From Candidatus Eiseniibacteriota bacterium (lineage in GTDB: Bacteria; Eisenbacteria; RBG-16-71-46; SZUA-252), in assembly GCA_963703225.1 (NCBI GenBank), contig OY969801.1, positions 393,701-457,700 of the forward strand: DNA of 64,000 bases. Direction: 5' to 3'. Every line of letters begins with the position of its first letter. Within the stretch, counting starts at the first letter, position 1. Below the pieces are notes generated by a model. That model was not told where the DNA came from. It searched no databases and saw only the letters and a list, made by a program, of their open reading frames with translations. A program made the translations under genes and the position numbers. Below are positions 49,128 through 59,103 of this stretch, one piece after another.

Positions 49128-49760
49128 ATGAAGCGAACCACCGACGCGACCCTTCCCGGCCCCAAGCCTCAGACGGCCTTCCCGGAAGTGGACCGGCGCA
49201 GAGTTCTGGAGGGGCTCACCCTCGTTCCCACGAAGATCTTCTTCACGAAGGGCGTGGGCAGCCACCGCGACGAGCTGCGCTCGTTTGAGCTGGCCCTGAA
49301 GGACGCGGGGATCGAGAAGCTGAACCTCGTGCACGTCTCGAGCATCTACCCGCCGCTCTGCAAGATCATCTCCAAGGAGGAGGGAGGAAAGCTGATCGCG
49401 CCCGGGAGCATCGCGTTCTGCGTGATGGCGCGCCAGGCCTCCAACGAGATGCGCCGCCTCATCGCGGCATCGATCGGATGCGCCCTCCCCGCCGACAAGA
49501 ACACCTACGGCTACCTGAGCGAGCACCACGCCTACGGCCAGACCGATGAGGTCGCGGGGGAGTTTGCGGAGGACATGGCGGCCTCCATGCTGGCCTCGAC
49601 GCTCGGTGTGGAATTCGACGAAAACGCGAACTGGGACGAGAAGGAGCAGGTCTTCAAGATTTCGGGAGATATCGTGCGAACTTTCAATGTGACCCAGTCG
49701 GCCGTGATTTCAGCGAAAGGTTGGACCACGGTGGTCGCGGCCGGGGTATTCATATTCTGA
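49128..49760 (+). CDS. pdaD: Pyruvoyl-dependent arginine decarboxylase
   Basis: [22 protein letters not shown] (Ser-Ser cleavage site), [15 protein letters not shown]. Confidence 0.88.
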   Translation: MKRTTDATLPGPKPQTAFPEVDRRRVLEGLTLVPTKIFFTKGVGSHRDELRSFELALKDAGIEKLNLVHVSSIYPPLCKIISKEEGGKLIAPGSIAFCVMARQASNEMRRLIAASIGCALPADKNTYGYLSEHHAYGQTDEVAGEFAEDMAASMLASTLGVEFDENANWDEKEQVFKISGDIVRTFNVTQSAVISAKGWTTVVAAGVFIF

Positions 49761-49761
49761 T

Positions 49762-50391
49762 ATGGCTAGAATCGCGAGCCTGAGCGGTACGGCAATCGGA
49801 TGGATCCTAGCGTCCGGGCTTTTTGTGTCGATGCTCGGCTTTGGAGTTCAACCCGCGGCCGCGCACGATGGGCCGCACGGGGACTCCACGGCCACCGTGG
49901 CGCCCGCGCCCGAGACGGTCCAGACGCCGCCGGACTCCGCGAAGCCAACGGGGTCGACGCAGGAGTCGAAATCCAAATCGAAGGGGAAGTCCATGACCGT
50001 CCCTGGAACCATGCCGGTCAAGCCGGTGATAGCGCCCGCGCACGTGGAGGTGCAGCACATCCTGATCGGTTTCGTGGGATCGGTCCCGGGCAAGCAGATC
50101 ACCCGCACCAAGGAGCAGGCGAAGAAACTGGCCTACGAGCTCTTGGACAAGGCCCGAAAGGGCGCGAACTTCGACACCCTGGTGGCCCAGTACACGGACG
50201 ACAGCCCGCCTGGGATTTACAGGATGGGGGCCCCGTTTGTCTCTCGCACGCCAGGCGAGTATCCCCGCGAGAACATGGTGCCCGCCTTCGGAGACGTCGG
50301 GTTCTCGATCAGCCCCGGGAACATCGACATCGCGGACTACGATCCGGTGAAGAGCCCCTTCGGCTGGCACATCATCAAGCGACTGCGGTAG
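49762..50391 (+). CDS. Parvulin-type peptidyl-prolyl isomerase, exported
   Basis: VQHILIGF, MVPAF, SPFGWHIIKR. Confidence 0.88.
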   Translation: MARIASLSGTAIGWILASGLFVSMLGFGVQPAAAHDGPHGDSTATVAPAPETVQTPPDSAKPTGSTQESKSKSKGKSMTVPGTMPVKPVIAPAHVEVQHILIGFVGSVPGKQITRTKEQAKKLAYELLDKARKGANFDTLVAQYTDDSPPGIYRMGAPFVSRTPGEYPRENMVPAFGDVGFSISPGNIDIADYDPVKSPFGWHIIKRLR

Positions 50392-51301
50392 CGCGGTCGC
50401 CGCTTCCCGGCGGCCGACCCAGGGCATCCCAGATCAACGGCACGATATCGGTGAGGCGCGTCGGCTCCCAGCTCGGCGCCCAGCGCCCCCAGAGCGTGAA
50501 GAGGGCCGGGTTTCGCGTGTGGGTCTTCACGTGCGCGTCTTCCAGGTTGCCGTGGTCGCTCGCGACGATGAGGGTCGTGGACTCAGGCGTGAGGCGGCCC
50601 AGCACCACCTGAAGCGTCCGGTCGAGATCGGAGAGGCAGCGCATGGCGCGGTCCCGGTCCTGGTCGTGCCCGGCCCGGTCCGTCTCGAAGTACTCGAAGA
50701 GAGAGAAATCCTGCTTCATCACCTCTTGGGCGATGATCACGCCCGCCTCCTCGGCCGTTCGCATCGGCACGTCGTATCCCCACTCCCGCACGCGCCAGTG
50801 GGTGAGGTCGTGAACCACGGCCCGCCCCTCCAAGAGATCGGCCCAAGTCCGGAAGGGAGCGCCCGAGGCCATCGTGGCCAGCGAGGTCGCCGACAGGCGC
50901 CGCTTGGTCTCGGCCATCTCGAAGAAACGGGGGCCGAAGGCGTTGAGGAAGGACGCCGTGAGCCCCGACTCCCGCAGCCGTTTCAAGATGGAGTGCTCTT
51001 CCAGGATCGCCCGAAGACTGGGGCCCGGAAATCCCGAGATGTGTTTCCCCATGGCGGCCGGGGCGTTCACGCCGGTGAGGATGGTGGTCTGCCCGGTGGC
51101 GCTCTGGGGGAGCCCCGGAACGCCGAGGGAAGCATCGAGGCCGCGGGCCATCGCGGGTGGGCCCGTCCGAGAAACCGGCGTTTGAGTCTGGGTCAGCCGG
51201 AGCGTGGTGAACTCACCGGCGGCCAGGGGATTTCGATCGGGATCGTCGTCGCCGACGCCCACGCCATCGATGAAGAAGAGCAGTACCCGTCTGGGAGGCA
51301 T
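50375..51301 (-). CDS. Metalloenzyme superfamily protein (phosphopentomutase/iPGM-like)
   Basis: FIDGVG, PQSATGQT, DRAGH, SDHGN, HTRNP. Confidence 0.8.
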   Translation of the reverse strand: MPPRRVLLFFIDGVGVGDDDPDRNPLAAGEFTTLRLTQTQTPVSRTGPPAMARGLDASLGVPGLPQSATGQTTILTGVNAPAAMGKHISGFPGPSLRAILEEHSILKRLRESGLTASFLNAFGPRFFEMAETKRRLSATSLATMASGAPFRTWADLLEGRAVVHDLTHWRVREWGYDVPMRTAEEAGVIIAQEVMKQDFSLFEYFETDRAGHDQDRDRAMRCLSDLDRTLQVVLGRLTPESTTLIVASDHGNLEDAHVKTHTRNPALFTLWGRWAPSWEPTRLTDIVPLIWDALGRPPGSGDRATAVA

Positions 51302-51613
51302 CCCACCGCCAAACGAAACGGGAGCCTCAGCACTAGCGCGCGGTCGGTGCAGGGCCGGCGACGCGGGGTCAGGGACCGACGCTAGGGGGCTCCCGAGTTC
51401 GTTCTCTGGCTCTACGGAAGGCAATGCCCGTGCCACGCTGGTCTCCATCGCCGAATCAATGCGCGCCTATAAAGTCGTTATTTGACATATGCTTACCATG
51501 CACTAAATTCGACTCACGTTCGCATTCTGCGAATTCACCCTGGGTGCGAGCGACCTGCAGGACATGCCGTTGCAGAGCAGGGCAAAGGCTGGAACCCACA
51601 GCAGGAAAAAGCC

Positions 51614-51641
51614 TTGACAGCTTCCGCACGCGGTCTATAGT
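51614..51641 (+). promoter_or_regulatory. Sigma70 promoter for the HU/IHF gene
   Basis: TTGACA-16 nt-TATAGT. Confidence 0.65.
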
Positions 51642-51784
51642 CCCGAGTCGCGCGCCGTTGAGTACTTATGTTCAATTACAGCGCAAGCTTATAGCTCTCT
51701 GCGGCGCGAACGCGACGCTTGTCGCCGGGGACTAAGCCCCGAGAGACGGAAGCGTTCGCGGCGGGAGCACGCCAGGAGGGGCAG

Positions 51785-52063
51785 ATGACCAAAGCAGATA
51801 TCGTGGATGAAATTGCCGAGCGCACCGGCTTGACTAAGAAGGACGTCGCCGACACCGTAGACCAGTTTCTGGATGCGGTATCCCGCGCGCTCGCCACGGG
51901 CAAGCACATCGAAATCAGGGGCTTCGGAACATTCAAGGTGAAGGACCGCAAGTCGCGCCTCGCGCGAAACCCCCGCACGGGCGAATCGGTGCCGGTGCCG
52001 CCCCGACGGGTGCCGGTCTTCAAGGTATCCAAGGAGTTAAAGGACATCGTCGCCCAGATCTAG
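51785..52063 (+). CDS. HU/IHF family DNA-binding protein
   Basis: RBS AGGAGG; MTKADIV, IEIRGFGTF, ARNPRTGE, PVFKVSKELK. Confidence 0.95.
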   Translation: MTKADIVDEIAERTGLTKKDVADTVDQFLDAVSRALATGKHIEIRGFGTFKVKDRKSRLARNPRTGESVPVPPRRVPVFKVSKELKDIVAQI

Positions 52064-52130
52064 TCGCAGCGCGGCCGCGGAACCCTCCACGCGGCCCAGA
52101 TCGGAATTGGCTCGACGACCGCGCGGCAGT

Positions 52131-52172
52131 GAAAATGGGACGTCCCACCGGGGAGGTCCCATCGTGCTTTTC
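52131..52172. terminator. Probable bidirectional terminator
   Basis: AAAATGGGAC-GTCCC...GGGAGGTCCCAT...TTTT between convergent genes. Confidence 0.55.
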
Positions 52173-52194
52173 AGGTCCCCAACGCTCGGGCGGG

Positions 52195-52900
52195 TTAGTT
52201 CCGCCGATCCCTCAGGATGAGGAGTCGAACGAGCTGGAACATCGCGGCCGCGGCCGCCGCGACGTACGTCAGAGCCGCGGCATCGAGCACCTTCTTGGCG
52301 CCCGCCTGCTCGTCAGGAGCGACCAGCCCCAGGCGGTTCAACTGCACGAGCGCCCTGCGGCTTGCGTCGAATTCCACGGGGAGCGTGACCAGCTGGAACA
52401 GGACCCCAAAGGAGAAGAGCACGATCCCGACGTCGATCAAGCTGAACCCGGCCACCCTCACCCCAGGCACGAAGAAGAGGCCGATCAACAAGATGGGCCA
52501 AGCCAGCATCGTCCCGATGTTCGCGAGCGGGAAGATCGCCGTGCGAAACTGGAGCGGGGCGTAGCCCTGCGCGTGCTGTATCGCGTGGCCCACCTCGTGC
52601 GCCGCGACGCTGATCGCCGAGACCGATGGCTCGGAGTAGTTGTGGGGCGAGAGGCAGACTTGCTTGTGGATCGGATCGTAGTGGTCGGACAGAAGTCCCT
52701 GCCCCTGCACGATCTCTACGTCCGCGATCCCATTCTGGCGCAGGATCGTCTCGGCGATCTCCCGACCGCTGCGGCGGCTCGCCGGCGAGAACCTTGCTGA
52801 ATTTGGCGTACGTCGACTGCACCTTGCTTTGGGCGTAGAACGCTAGAATCATCGCCGGGATCAGAAGAAGCATCGTCGGATCCCAGAACGGCATGAACAT
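52195..52900 (-). CDS. Membrane zinc metallopeptidase (YugP-like), frameshift near 52780
   Basis: LSDHYDP, VAAHEVGHAIQH, TLPVEFDASRRA, AALTYVA; N-terminus MFMPFWDP is in another frame. Confidence 0.88.
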
Positions 52901-53040
52901 GTATCGTTCCTCCTTGGGGCGTATCGTTTTGGGGCAGCCCCCTCCTCCCCTATACTGCTTCGCTCGGGGAAAGTTTCGAGAGCCGCCTTTCATTCAGACT
53001 ACCACCGGCAGTCCGGCGATTCAAACTACCGGGAGACGCC

Positions 53041-54102
53041 CTGGCCACGAATACCGTCGATCTTCGCAGCGACACCGTCACTCGACCCACGCCAGAGATG
53101 CGCCGCGTGATGGCCGACGCGGAGGTCGGGGACGACGTGTTCCACGACGACCCGACCGTCCTGCGGCTGGAGGAGGAAACCGCCGCCGCGCTCGGCAAGG
53201 AGGCTTCTCTCTTCGTCCCGAGCGGGTGCATGGGGAACGAAATTGCGGTCGCGATCCAGACCCGAACGGGTGACGCGCTCCTCATGCACCGCCACAGCCA
53301 CATGGCCATGACCGAGGCCGCCGCGATCACCCAACTCTTGGGCCGCACCTTTCATCTCATGGAAGGAGATCGGGGCCGGCTGCGTCCCGAAGATGTGGGC
53401 GCCGCGCTTTCGAACGGCGGATCTCGACGGGATGGCATCGCTCTCGTGGAGGTCGAAAACACGCAGAATTGGGGAAACGGCGCGATCTATCCGCTCCCGC
53501 GCTTGGAGGCGGTTGCGGCCGCCGCGCGCGCGCGGCGGCTTCCGGTCCACCTCGACGGCGCGCGCCTCTGGAACGCGAGCGCCGAGACCGGAATCTCGCC
53601 GGCGACCTACGCGGCGGCCGCCGACACGGTCATGGTCTGCTTCTCGAAGGGGTTGGGCGCCCCGATCGGCTCCGCGATCGCGGGGACCCGGGCGGCCATT
53701 CAGGAAGCCCACGCGGCGCGAAAAATGTTTGGCGGCGCGATGCGCCAGGTGGGGATCGTGGCGGCCGGCGCAATGTACGCGCTTCGGCATCACCGCGATC
53801 GCTTGGTGGAGGATCATCGGCGAGCCCGGCGCCTTGCCCAGGCGATCGCCGAGATTCCGGGGCTCAAGCTCGACCCCACGGAGATCGAGACGAACATCGT
53901 GATTGCCGAGATCGAAGAGCCCCACGATCGGATCGCCGCCTTCGTGGCGGCGGTCTCGGCCGAGGGGGTGCTTGTGACGGCGTTCGGAGGCCCGGGGCGA
54001 TTTCGGGCCGTGACGCACCTCGACATCGACGACGCGGGGATCGACCGGTCGATCGCGGCGATCCGGAAGGCCGCGGCGGCCGTGCTCGGGGCGAATCGGT
54101 GA
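53041..54102 (+). CDS. ltaE: Low-specificity L-threonine aldolase (probable CTG start)
   Basis: Conserved DLRSDTVTRPT lies upstream of the first ATG; GDDV, HLDGARLWNA, CFSKGLGAP, GGAMRQ. Confidence 0.9.
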   Translation: MATNTVDLRSDTVTRPTPEMRRVMADAEVGDDVFHDDPTVLRLEEETAAALGKEASLFVPSGCMGNEIAVAIQTRTGDALLMHRHSHMAMTEAAAITQLLGRTFHLMEGDRGRLRPEDVGAALSNGGSRRDGIALVEVENTQNWGNGAIYPLPRLEAVAAAARARRLPVHLDGARLWNASAETGISPATYAAAADTVMVCFSKGLGAPIGSAIAGTRAAIQEAHAARKMFGGAMRQVGIVAAGAMYALRHHRDRLVEDHRRARRLAQAIAEIPGLKLDPTEIETNIVIAEIEEPHDRIAAFVAAVSAEGVLVTAFGGPGRFRAVTHLDIDDAGIDRSIAAIRKAAAAVLGANR

Positions 54103-54881
54103 GCGAGGAGCCGGTCGCGGGGACGCTCTACCTGGTGGGAACCCCAATCGGGAACCTGGAGGACCTCTCGCCTCGGGCGAGGAAGATCCTCGGCAGCGTC
54201 GACCTGATCGCGGCCGAAGACACGCGGCACACGCGCCGACTGCTGGAGCGGTTCGAGCTTCATCGTCCGCTGGTCTCCTACCACGATCACAACAAGGAGG
54301 GACGGACCCCCGAGGTGATCTCGCGGCTCATGCAAGGCGCTTCGGTCGCGATCGTTTCCGACGCCGGATCGCCCGGAATCTCCGACCCCGCCTTCACGCT
54401 GGTCCGTGCCGCGGTTTTGGCCCACCTCCCCGTCGTGCCGATCCCGGGGCCATCGAGCGCCCTCTGCGCCCTGGAGGTCTCGGGACTCCCGACCGACCGA
54501 TTCGCGTTCGAGGGGTTCTTGCCCCGCCGCGGCGGCCGGCGGCGCGCGCGCATCCAGGAGTTGCGCGACGACCCCAGGACCCTCATCTTTTTCGAATCGC
54601 CGCACCGCTTGAAGGACGCGCTGGAGGATCTTCTCGAGATCCTCGGAGATCGGCCCGCGTCGATTTCACGGGAGCTGACCAAGAAGTTCGAGGAGACGCG
54701 CCGCGGCACGCTCCGGTCGCTTCGCGAGTGGCTCGAGGAGCATCCCCCGCGAGGGGAATTCGTGCTCGTGGTCGCGGCGACACCCCGCGCTGTCGCGGGA
54801 GCGAATGAAGGCGAGTCGGGCGAGGACGCGGAAGAGCCCGACCAGGACGACGTGGGCCGGGACGAGGAGGAGGACGAGTGA
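54099..54881 (+). CDS. rsmI: 16S rRNA (cytidine1402-2'-O)-methyltransferase
   Basis: [42 protein letters not shown]. Confidence 0.95.
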   Translation: MSEEPVAGTLYLVGTPIGNLEDLSPRARKILGSVDLIAAEDTRHTRRLLERFELHRPLVSYHDHNKEGRTPEVISRLMQGASVAIVSDAGSPGISDPAFTLVRAAVLAHLPVVPIPGPSSALCALEVSGLPTDRFAFEGFLPRRGGRRRARIQELRDDPRTLIFFESPHRLKDALEDLLEILGDRPASISRELTKKFEETRRGTLRSLREWLEEHPPRGEFVLVVAATPRAVAGANEGESGEDAEEPDQDDVGRDEEEDE

Positions 54882-55531
54882 GCGCGAGTTGGAAGGAGCG
54901 GGGACGGTCGCTATTTCTCCCGCTGGCGCGCTGGCTGGCCAAGCGGGGCGTCAAGCCCGATCACCTGACGTACGTCGGGCTCGGGCTGTCGCTTCTCGCG
55001 GCGACGCTCCTGGGGCGCGGCGACTTCCTGGGCGCGGCCTTCCTGATCGCGTTCTCGGGCCTCTGCGACATTCTGGACGGGGACGTCGCGCGAGAGATCG
55101 GAAGCGTCAGCCCCTTCGGGGCGTTCCTCGACTCGACGCTGGATCGGATCGGCGAAGGGGCCCTCTACGCGGGCGTGGCGAACTACTACTACACGCGCGC
55201 GCAGGGGGCGGCGCTCTGGCTCAAGGACGAGTTCCGGGCGCAGGCGACCTGGGGCGACCCGGACGGGCACACGATGGCCGTCCTGGCCCTCGCCACGCTC
55301 ATTCTCTCCTTCCTCGTCTCCTACACCCGCGCCCGCGCGGAAGGGCTGGGAATGGAATGCAAGGTGGGGATCATGGAGCGCCCCGAGCGCATGCTAACTC
55401 TCGGCGTGGGAGCGCTTTTGGGACCCCGTTTCCTCCCCGGCATCCTCGGGATCCTTTTCCTATTTACCCTCGTCACGGTGCTCCAACGCGTGTATCATGT
55501 CCATCGCTTGACTCACTCGAAGTCTGCGTAG
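54878..55531 (+). CDS. CDP-alcohol phosphatidyltransferase (phosphatidylinositol-phosphate synthase-like)
   Basis: DILDGDVAR...[10 protein letters not shown]; [11 protein letters not shown]; GIMERPER; next to ino1. Confidence 0.88.
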   Translation: MSASWKERGRSLFLPLARWLAKRGVKPDHLTYVGLGLSLLAATLLGRGDFLGAAFLIAFSGLCDILDGDVAREIGSVSPFGAFLDSTLDRIGEGALYAGVANYYYTRAQGAALWLKDEFRAQATWGDPDGHTMAVLALATLILSFLVSYTRARAEGLGMECKVGIMERPERMLTLGVGALLGPRFLPGILGILFLFTLVTVLQRVYHVHRLTHSKSA

Positions 55532-55614
55532 TGCCCGGGTGGACCGGACCGAGTCCGGCGTCCCGCCCATCGCATCCCGCCAGAGCCATTCCGCGAACGG
55601 AGGTACGAGTTCAG

Positions 55615-56778
55615 ATGGGCAAGATTCGCGTCGGCATCATCGGGGTCGGCAACTGCGCCTCCTCGCTCGTGCAGGGAGTGCACTACTACCGAAACGCGAA
55701 GGAGAACGACTTCGTGCCGGGGTTGATGCACGTGAACCTCGGCGGCTATCACGTCCGCGATATCGAGTTCAGCGCGGCGATCGACATCGACAAGAACAAG
55801 GTCGGTCGCGATCTGGGGGAAGCGATCTACACTTGGCCCAACAATACGTACAAGTTCTGCGACGTCCCGCGGCAGGGGGTCCCGGTGGCCCGCGGCATGA
55901 CGCATGACGGGCTGGGCCAGTATCTCTCCAAGATCATCCACAAGGCGCCCGGCTCCACCGCCGACATCGTGCGGCTTCTGCGCGACACCAAGACCGACGT
56001 CGTCATCAACTACTTGCCGGTGGGCAGCGAAGAGGCCACCAAGTGGTACGTCGAGCAAATACTGGAAGCCGGCTGCGCGTTCGTGAACGCGATTCCGGTC
56101 TTCATCGCTCGCGAGAAGTACTGGCAGCGCCGGTTCGAACAGAAGAAGCTTCCGGTGATCGGGGACGACATCAAGTCGCAGGTGGGCGCGACCATCGTGC
56201 ATCGGGTCATGACCCGCCTCTTCCGGGAACGCGGCGTTCGGCTGGAGCGGACAAGCCAGCTCAACGTCGGCGGGAATACCGACTTCCTCAACATGCTCGA
56301 GCGGTCGCGGCTGGAATCGAAGAAGATCTCCAAGACCAACGCGGTCACTTCGATGCTCGACTACGACATCGGCGAGAAGAACGTGCACATCGGTCCCAGC
56401 GACTACGTCGAGTGGCTCGACGACCGCAAGTGGGCGTACATCCGGATGGAAGGCCGCACGTTTGGCGACGTGCCGCTGAACGTGGAAATGAAGCTGGAGG
56501 TTTGGGATTCGCCCAATTCGGCCGGCGTGATCATCGACGCCGTCCGCTGCGCCAAGCTGGCGCTTGATAACGGGCTCTCCGGCGCCATGATCGCTCCCTC
56601 GGCCTACTTCAAAAAGTCGCCGCCGATCCAGTACCCGGACGACGTGGCGCGCCAGATGGTCGAGGATTTCATCGCCAAGTACGGCTCGAAGGGGGCCCGC
56701 GCCACGAAGGCAGAGAAGCCCAAGCGGGTCGCGGCGCCCCGGAGCGGGCTGAAGCGGGCCGCCCGGCGCAGCGCCTGA
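55615..56778 (+). CDS. ino1: myo-Inositol-1(3)-phosphate synthase
   Basis: [55 protein letters not shown]. Confidence 0.96.
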   Translation: MGKIRVGIIGVGNCASSLVQGVHYYRNAKENDFVPGLMHVNLGGYHVRDIEFSAAIDIDKNKVGRDLGEAIYTWPNNTYKFCDVPRQGVPVARGMTHDGLGQYLSKIIHKAPGSTADIVRLLRDTKTDVVINYLPVGSEEATKWYVEQILEAGCAFVNAIPVFIAREKYWQRRFEQKKLPVIGDDIKSQVGATIVHRVMTRLFRERGVRLERTSQLNVGGNTDFLNMLERSRLESKKISKTNAVTSMLDYDIGEKNVHIGPSDYVEWLDDRKWAYIRMEGRTFGDVPLNVEMKLEVWDSPNSAGVIIDAVRCAKLALDNGLSGAMIAPSAYFKKSPPIQYPDDVARQMVEDFIAKYGSKGARATKAEKPKRVAAPRSGLKRAARRSA

Positions 56779-57455
56779 CCCACGGCAAGGCTCGGCCCAG
56801 CAGGCGCGGCCTCCTCCTGACACTGGAGGGGATCGAGGGGTCGGGGAAGACGACCCAGGCCCAGCGGATCAAGGCCCTGCTCGATTCTCGGGGCATCCCG
56901 GCGCTTCTCACCCGCGAGCCCGGGGGCTCGCCCCTCGCGGAGAAGATTCGCGAGCTGGTGTTGGTTCCGGGGGCGGAGCCGCTCCACCCCCAGACCGAGC
57001 TGCTGCTCTTTCTGGCGGCCCGAGCCCAGCACGTTCGTCGGGTCATCGGCCCCGCCCTGGAGCGCGGCGACGTGGTGGTCTGCGACCGGTTCACGGACGC
57101 GACCCTCGCCTACCAGGGAGGCGGTCGCACGATGCCGGACGAGTTTCTCCGCTCGCTCAACGACTGGGCGACGGGAGCCATTTGCCCGTCAAGGACTTAT
57201 CTGCTAGACGTACCGGTCGAGGTCGGAATGTCCCGGGCGCGCGATCGGCGGGCGCGCACGGCGCCCGACCGGATTGAGGCCGAGGGGGAGGCGTTCTTCG
57301 AAGGGGTCCGAAATCGGTACCTCGAGCTGGCTCGGCGGGAGCCGGAACGAATTGTCGTGCTTCGGGGTACGGATCCAGAGGAAGATATCTCGCATCAAAT
57401 AGAGAAAGACTTGGATTTGCTGCTCAGCGGCCGGATTACTCCTACACCGAGGTGA
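56775..57455 (+). CDS. tmk: Thymidylate kinase (probable CTG start overlapping the ino1 stop)
   Basis: In-frame upstream of ORF 56958: [12 protein letters not shown] (P-loop) and TREPGG; then [17 protein letters not shown]. Confidence 0.92.
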   Translation: MTHGKARPSRRGLLLTLEGIEGSGKTTQAQRIKALLDSRGIPALLTREPGGSPLAEKIRELVLVPGAEPLHPQTELLLFLAARAQHVRRVIGPALERGDVVVCDRFTDATLAYQGGGRTMPDEFLRSLNDWATGAICPSRTYLLDVPVEVGMSRARDRRARTAPDRIEAEGEAFFEGVRNRYLELARREPERIVVLRGTDPEEDISHQIEKDLDLLLSGRITPTPR

Positions 57456-57462
57456 ACCGCAC

Positions 57463-59100
57463 ATGAATCGAAGGCAGCTCTTCGCGGTCGTCGTACTCGT
57501 CGCGGCCCTGGTCGCCGGAACCTGGGCGGTCGGCAGGGTCCAGGAAACGACCGACAACACCTACGCGAACATCGAGCGGTTCATCCAGGTCCTGACCAAG
57601 GTCCGGGACCATTACGTCGAATCGGTCACCACCGACAAGCTGATGGACTCGGCGATCCGCGGCATGCTCCGCACCCTCGACCCCTACTCGCAGTACCTGG
57701 ACAAGGAAGAGGCGGAAAAGCTCGAGACCACCACCCACGGCTCCTTCGGCGGCATCGGGATCTCGATCGGGATCCGCGACGGCTGGGTGACGGTCATCTC
57801 GCCCATCGAGGGCACGCCGGCGTGGCGCGCCGGCATCCAGGGCGGCGACCGGATCATCAAGATCGACGGCGTCTCGAGCGAGGGGCTTTCGCTGGACGAC
57901 GCGATGAAGAAGATGCGCGGCGAGCGCGGGACCAAGGTCGAGCTCTCGATCTATCGCGAGGGCCGCGAACGCCCCATGGACTTCTCGATCACCCGCGACA
58001 TCATCCAGATCAAGAGCGTCCCCTACGCCGGGCTCCTCTCGAGCGGCGTGGGCTACGTTCGGCTCTCCAATTTCTCGGAGCGGAGCCGCGAGGAGATCGA
58101 CGCGGCCATCGCCAAGATCGAAAAGCAAAATCCGCGCGGGCTCATTCTGGACCTCCGCTACAACCCCGGCGGACTGCTGTCGCAGGCGGTCGAGGTGTCG
58201 GAGGAGTTCACCCCCCGCGGCAAGAAGATCGTTTATACGCGCGGACGCGACGCGTCTCAGAACAGGGATTTCTACTCCTCGTCCAGCAGCCCGCACACCT
58301 CCTATCCGCTGGTGGTGCTCGTGAATCAGTGGACGGCGAGCGCCTCGGAGATCGTCTCGGGCGCGGTGCAGGATCTGGATTTGGGCGTCGTGGTCGGGCG
58401 TACGACGTTCGGCAAGGGGCTCGTACAGACGGTGATTCCGCTGACGCGGAGCGTGAGCGGACCCAAGCTCAAGCTGACGACCGCCAAGTACTACACGCCG
58501 AGCGGCCGCTGCATCCAGAAGGAGGAACAGCTCAAGGACGGGGCCTTGGCCGAGGAGGACGACACCGACGGATCGAGCAGCTCTCTTCCCGACTCGCTCA
58601 AGGCCCACAAGCCGCCCCCCGAGTACCGGACCGAGATGGGCCGGGTGGTTTACGGAGGCGGCGGGATCATCCCCGACCTCGAGCTGGACGACGTTCGCTA
58701 TCCGCGCATCATCGAAGACCTGGAATCGAAGCAGCTCTTCTTCAAGTACGCGGTCAAGTACGCGGTCAAGCACAAGGACGCGCCCGCGAATTACGCGATC
58801 AGCTCGGGCATGAAGGACGAATTCGCGATGCTCCTAAAGACGGAGAAGTTCGAGTACAACGCCGATTCCCTGGCCGCCGCGCAGCATTGGGTGGAGACCG
58901 GGATGCGGCGCGAGCTGGCCCGCCGCTTCGTGGGCGATGAGGAGGCCTACCGCGTGGCGCTGGAGGACGACGAGCAGGTGCGTCAATCCGCGGCACTCTT
59001 CGACAAGGCCTCCACGCTGCCGAAGCTCCTCGCCCTGGCCACCGAGATGAACAAGGCGAAGGCCGTGGCCACCCAGGGCAAGGAAATCGACGTCCGGTAA
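57463..59100 (+). CDS. ctpA: S41 C-terminal processing peptidase
   Basis: LDPYS, PDZ GIGI, LDLRYNPGG, ASASEI, TFGKGLVQ, YYTPSGR. Confidence 0.93.
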   Translation: MNRRQLFAVVVLVAALVAGTWAVGRVQETTDNTYANIERFIQVLTKVRDHYVESVTTDKLMDSAIRGMLRTLDPYSQYLDKEEAEKLETTTHGSFGGIGISIGIRDGWVTVISPIEGTPAWRAGIQGGDRIIKIDGVSSEGLSLDDAMKKMRGERGTKVELSIYREGRERPMDFSITRDIIQIKSVPYAGLLSSGVGYVRLSNFSERSREEIDAAIAKIEKQNPRGLILDLRYNPGGLLSQAVEVSEEFTPRGKKIVYTRGRDASQNRDFYSSSSSPHTSYPLVVLVNQWTASASEIVSGAVQDLDLGVVVGRTTFGKGLVQTVIPLTRSVSGPKLKLTTAKYYTPSGRCIQKEEQLKDGALAEEDDTDGSSSSLPDSLKAHKPPPEYRTEMGRVVYGGGGIIPDLELDDVRYPRIIEDLESKQLFFKYAVKYAVKHKDAPANYAISSGMKDEFAMLLKTEKFEYNADSLAAAQHWVETGMRRELARRFVGDEEAYRVALEDDEQVRQSAALFDKASTLPKLLALATEMNKAKAVATQGKEIDVR

Positions 59101-59103
59101 TTC

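Noticed and set aside
4100-52800. Frameshifts in Omp85-like, ntrY-like, M6 protease, degP, amiC, nagZ, rsgA 5' end and yugP-like genes read as pseudogenes or programmed frameshifts
   Set aside because: They are single-base indels in otherwise intact conserved genes, cluster at 22.5-27.5 kb, and show no evident slippery sites or in-frame stops. Long-read consensus errors are the simplest explanation; read polishing would decide.
58742-58770. 12-bp duplication (KYAVKYAVK) in ctpA
   Set aside because: Short, in-frame, with no functional signal.
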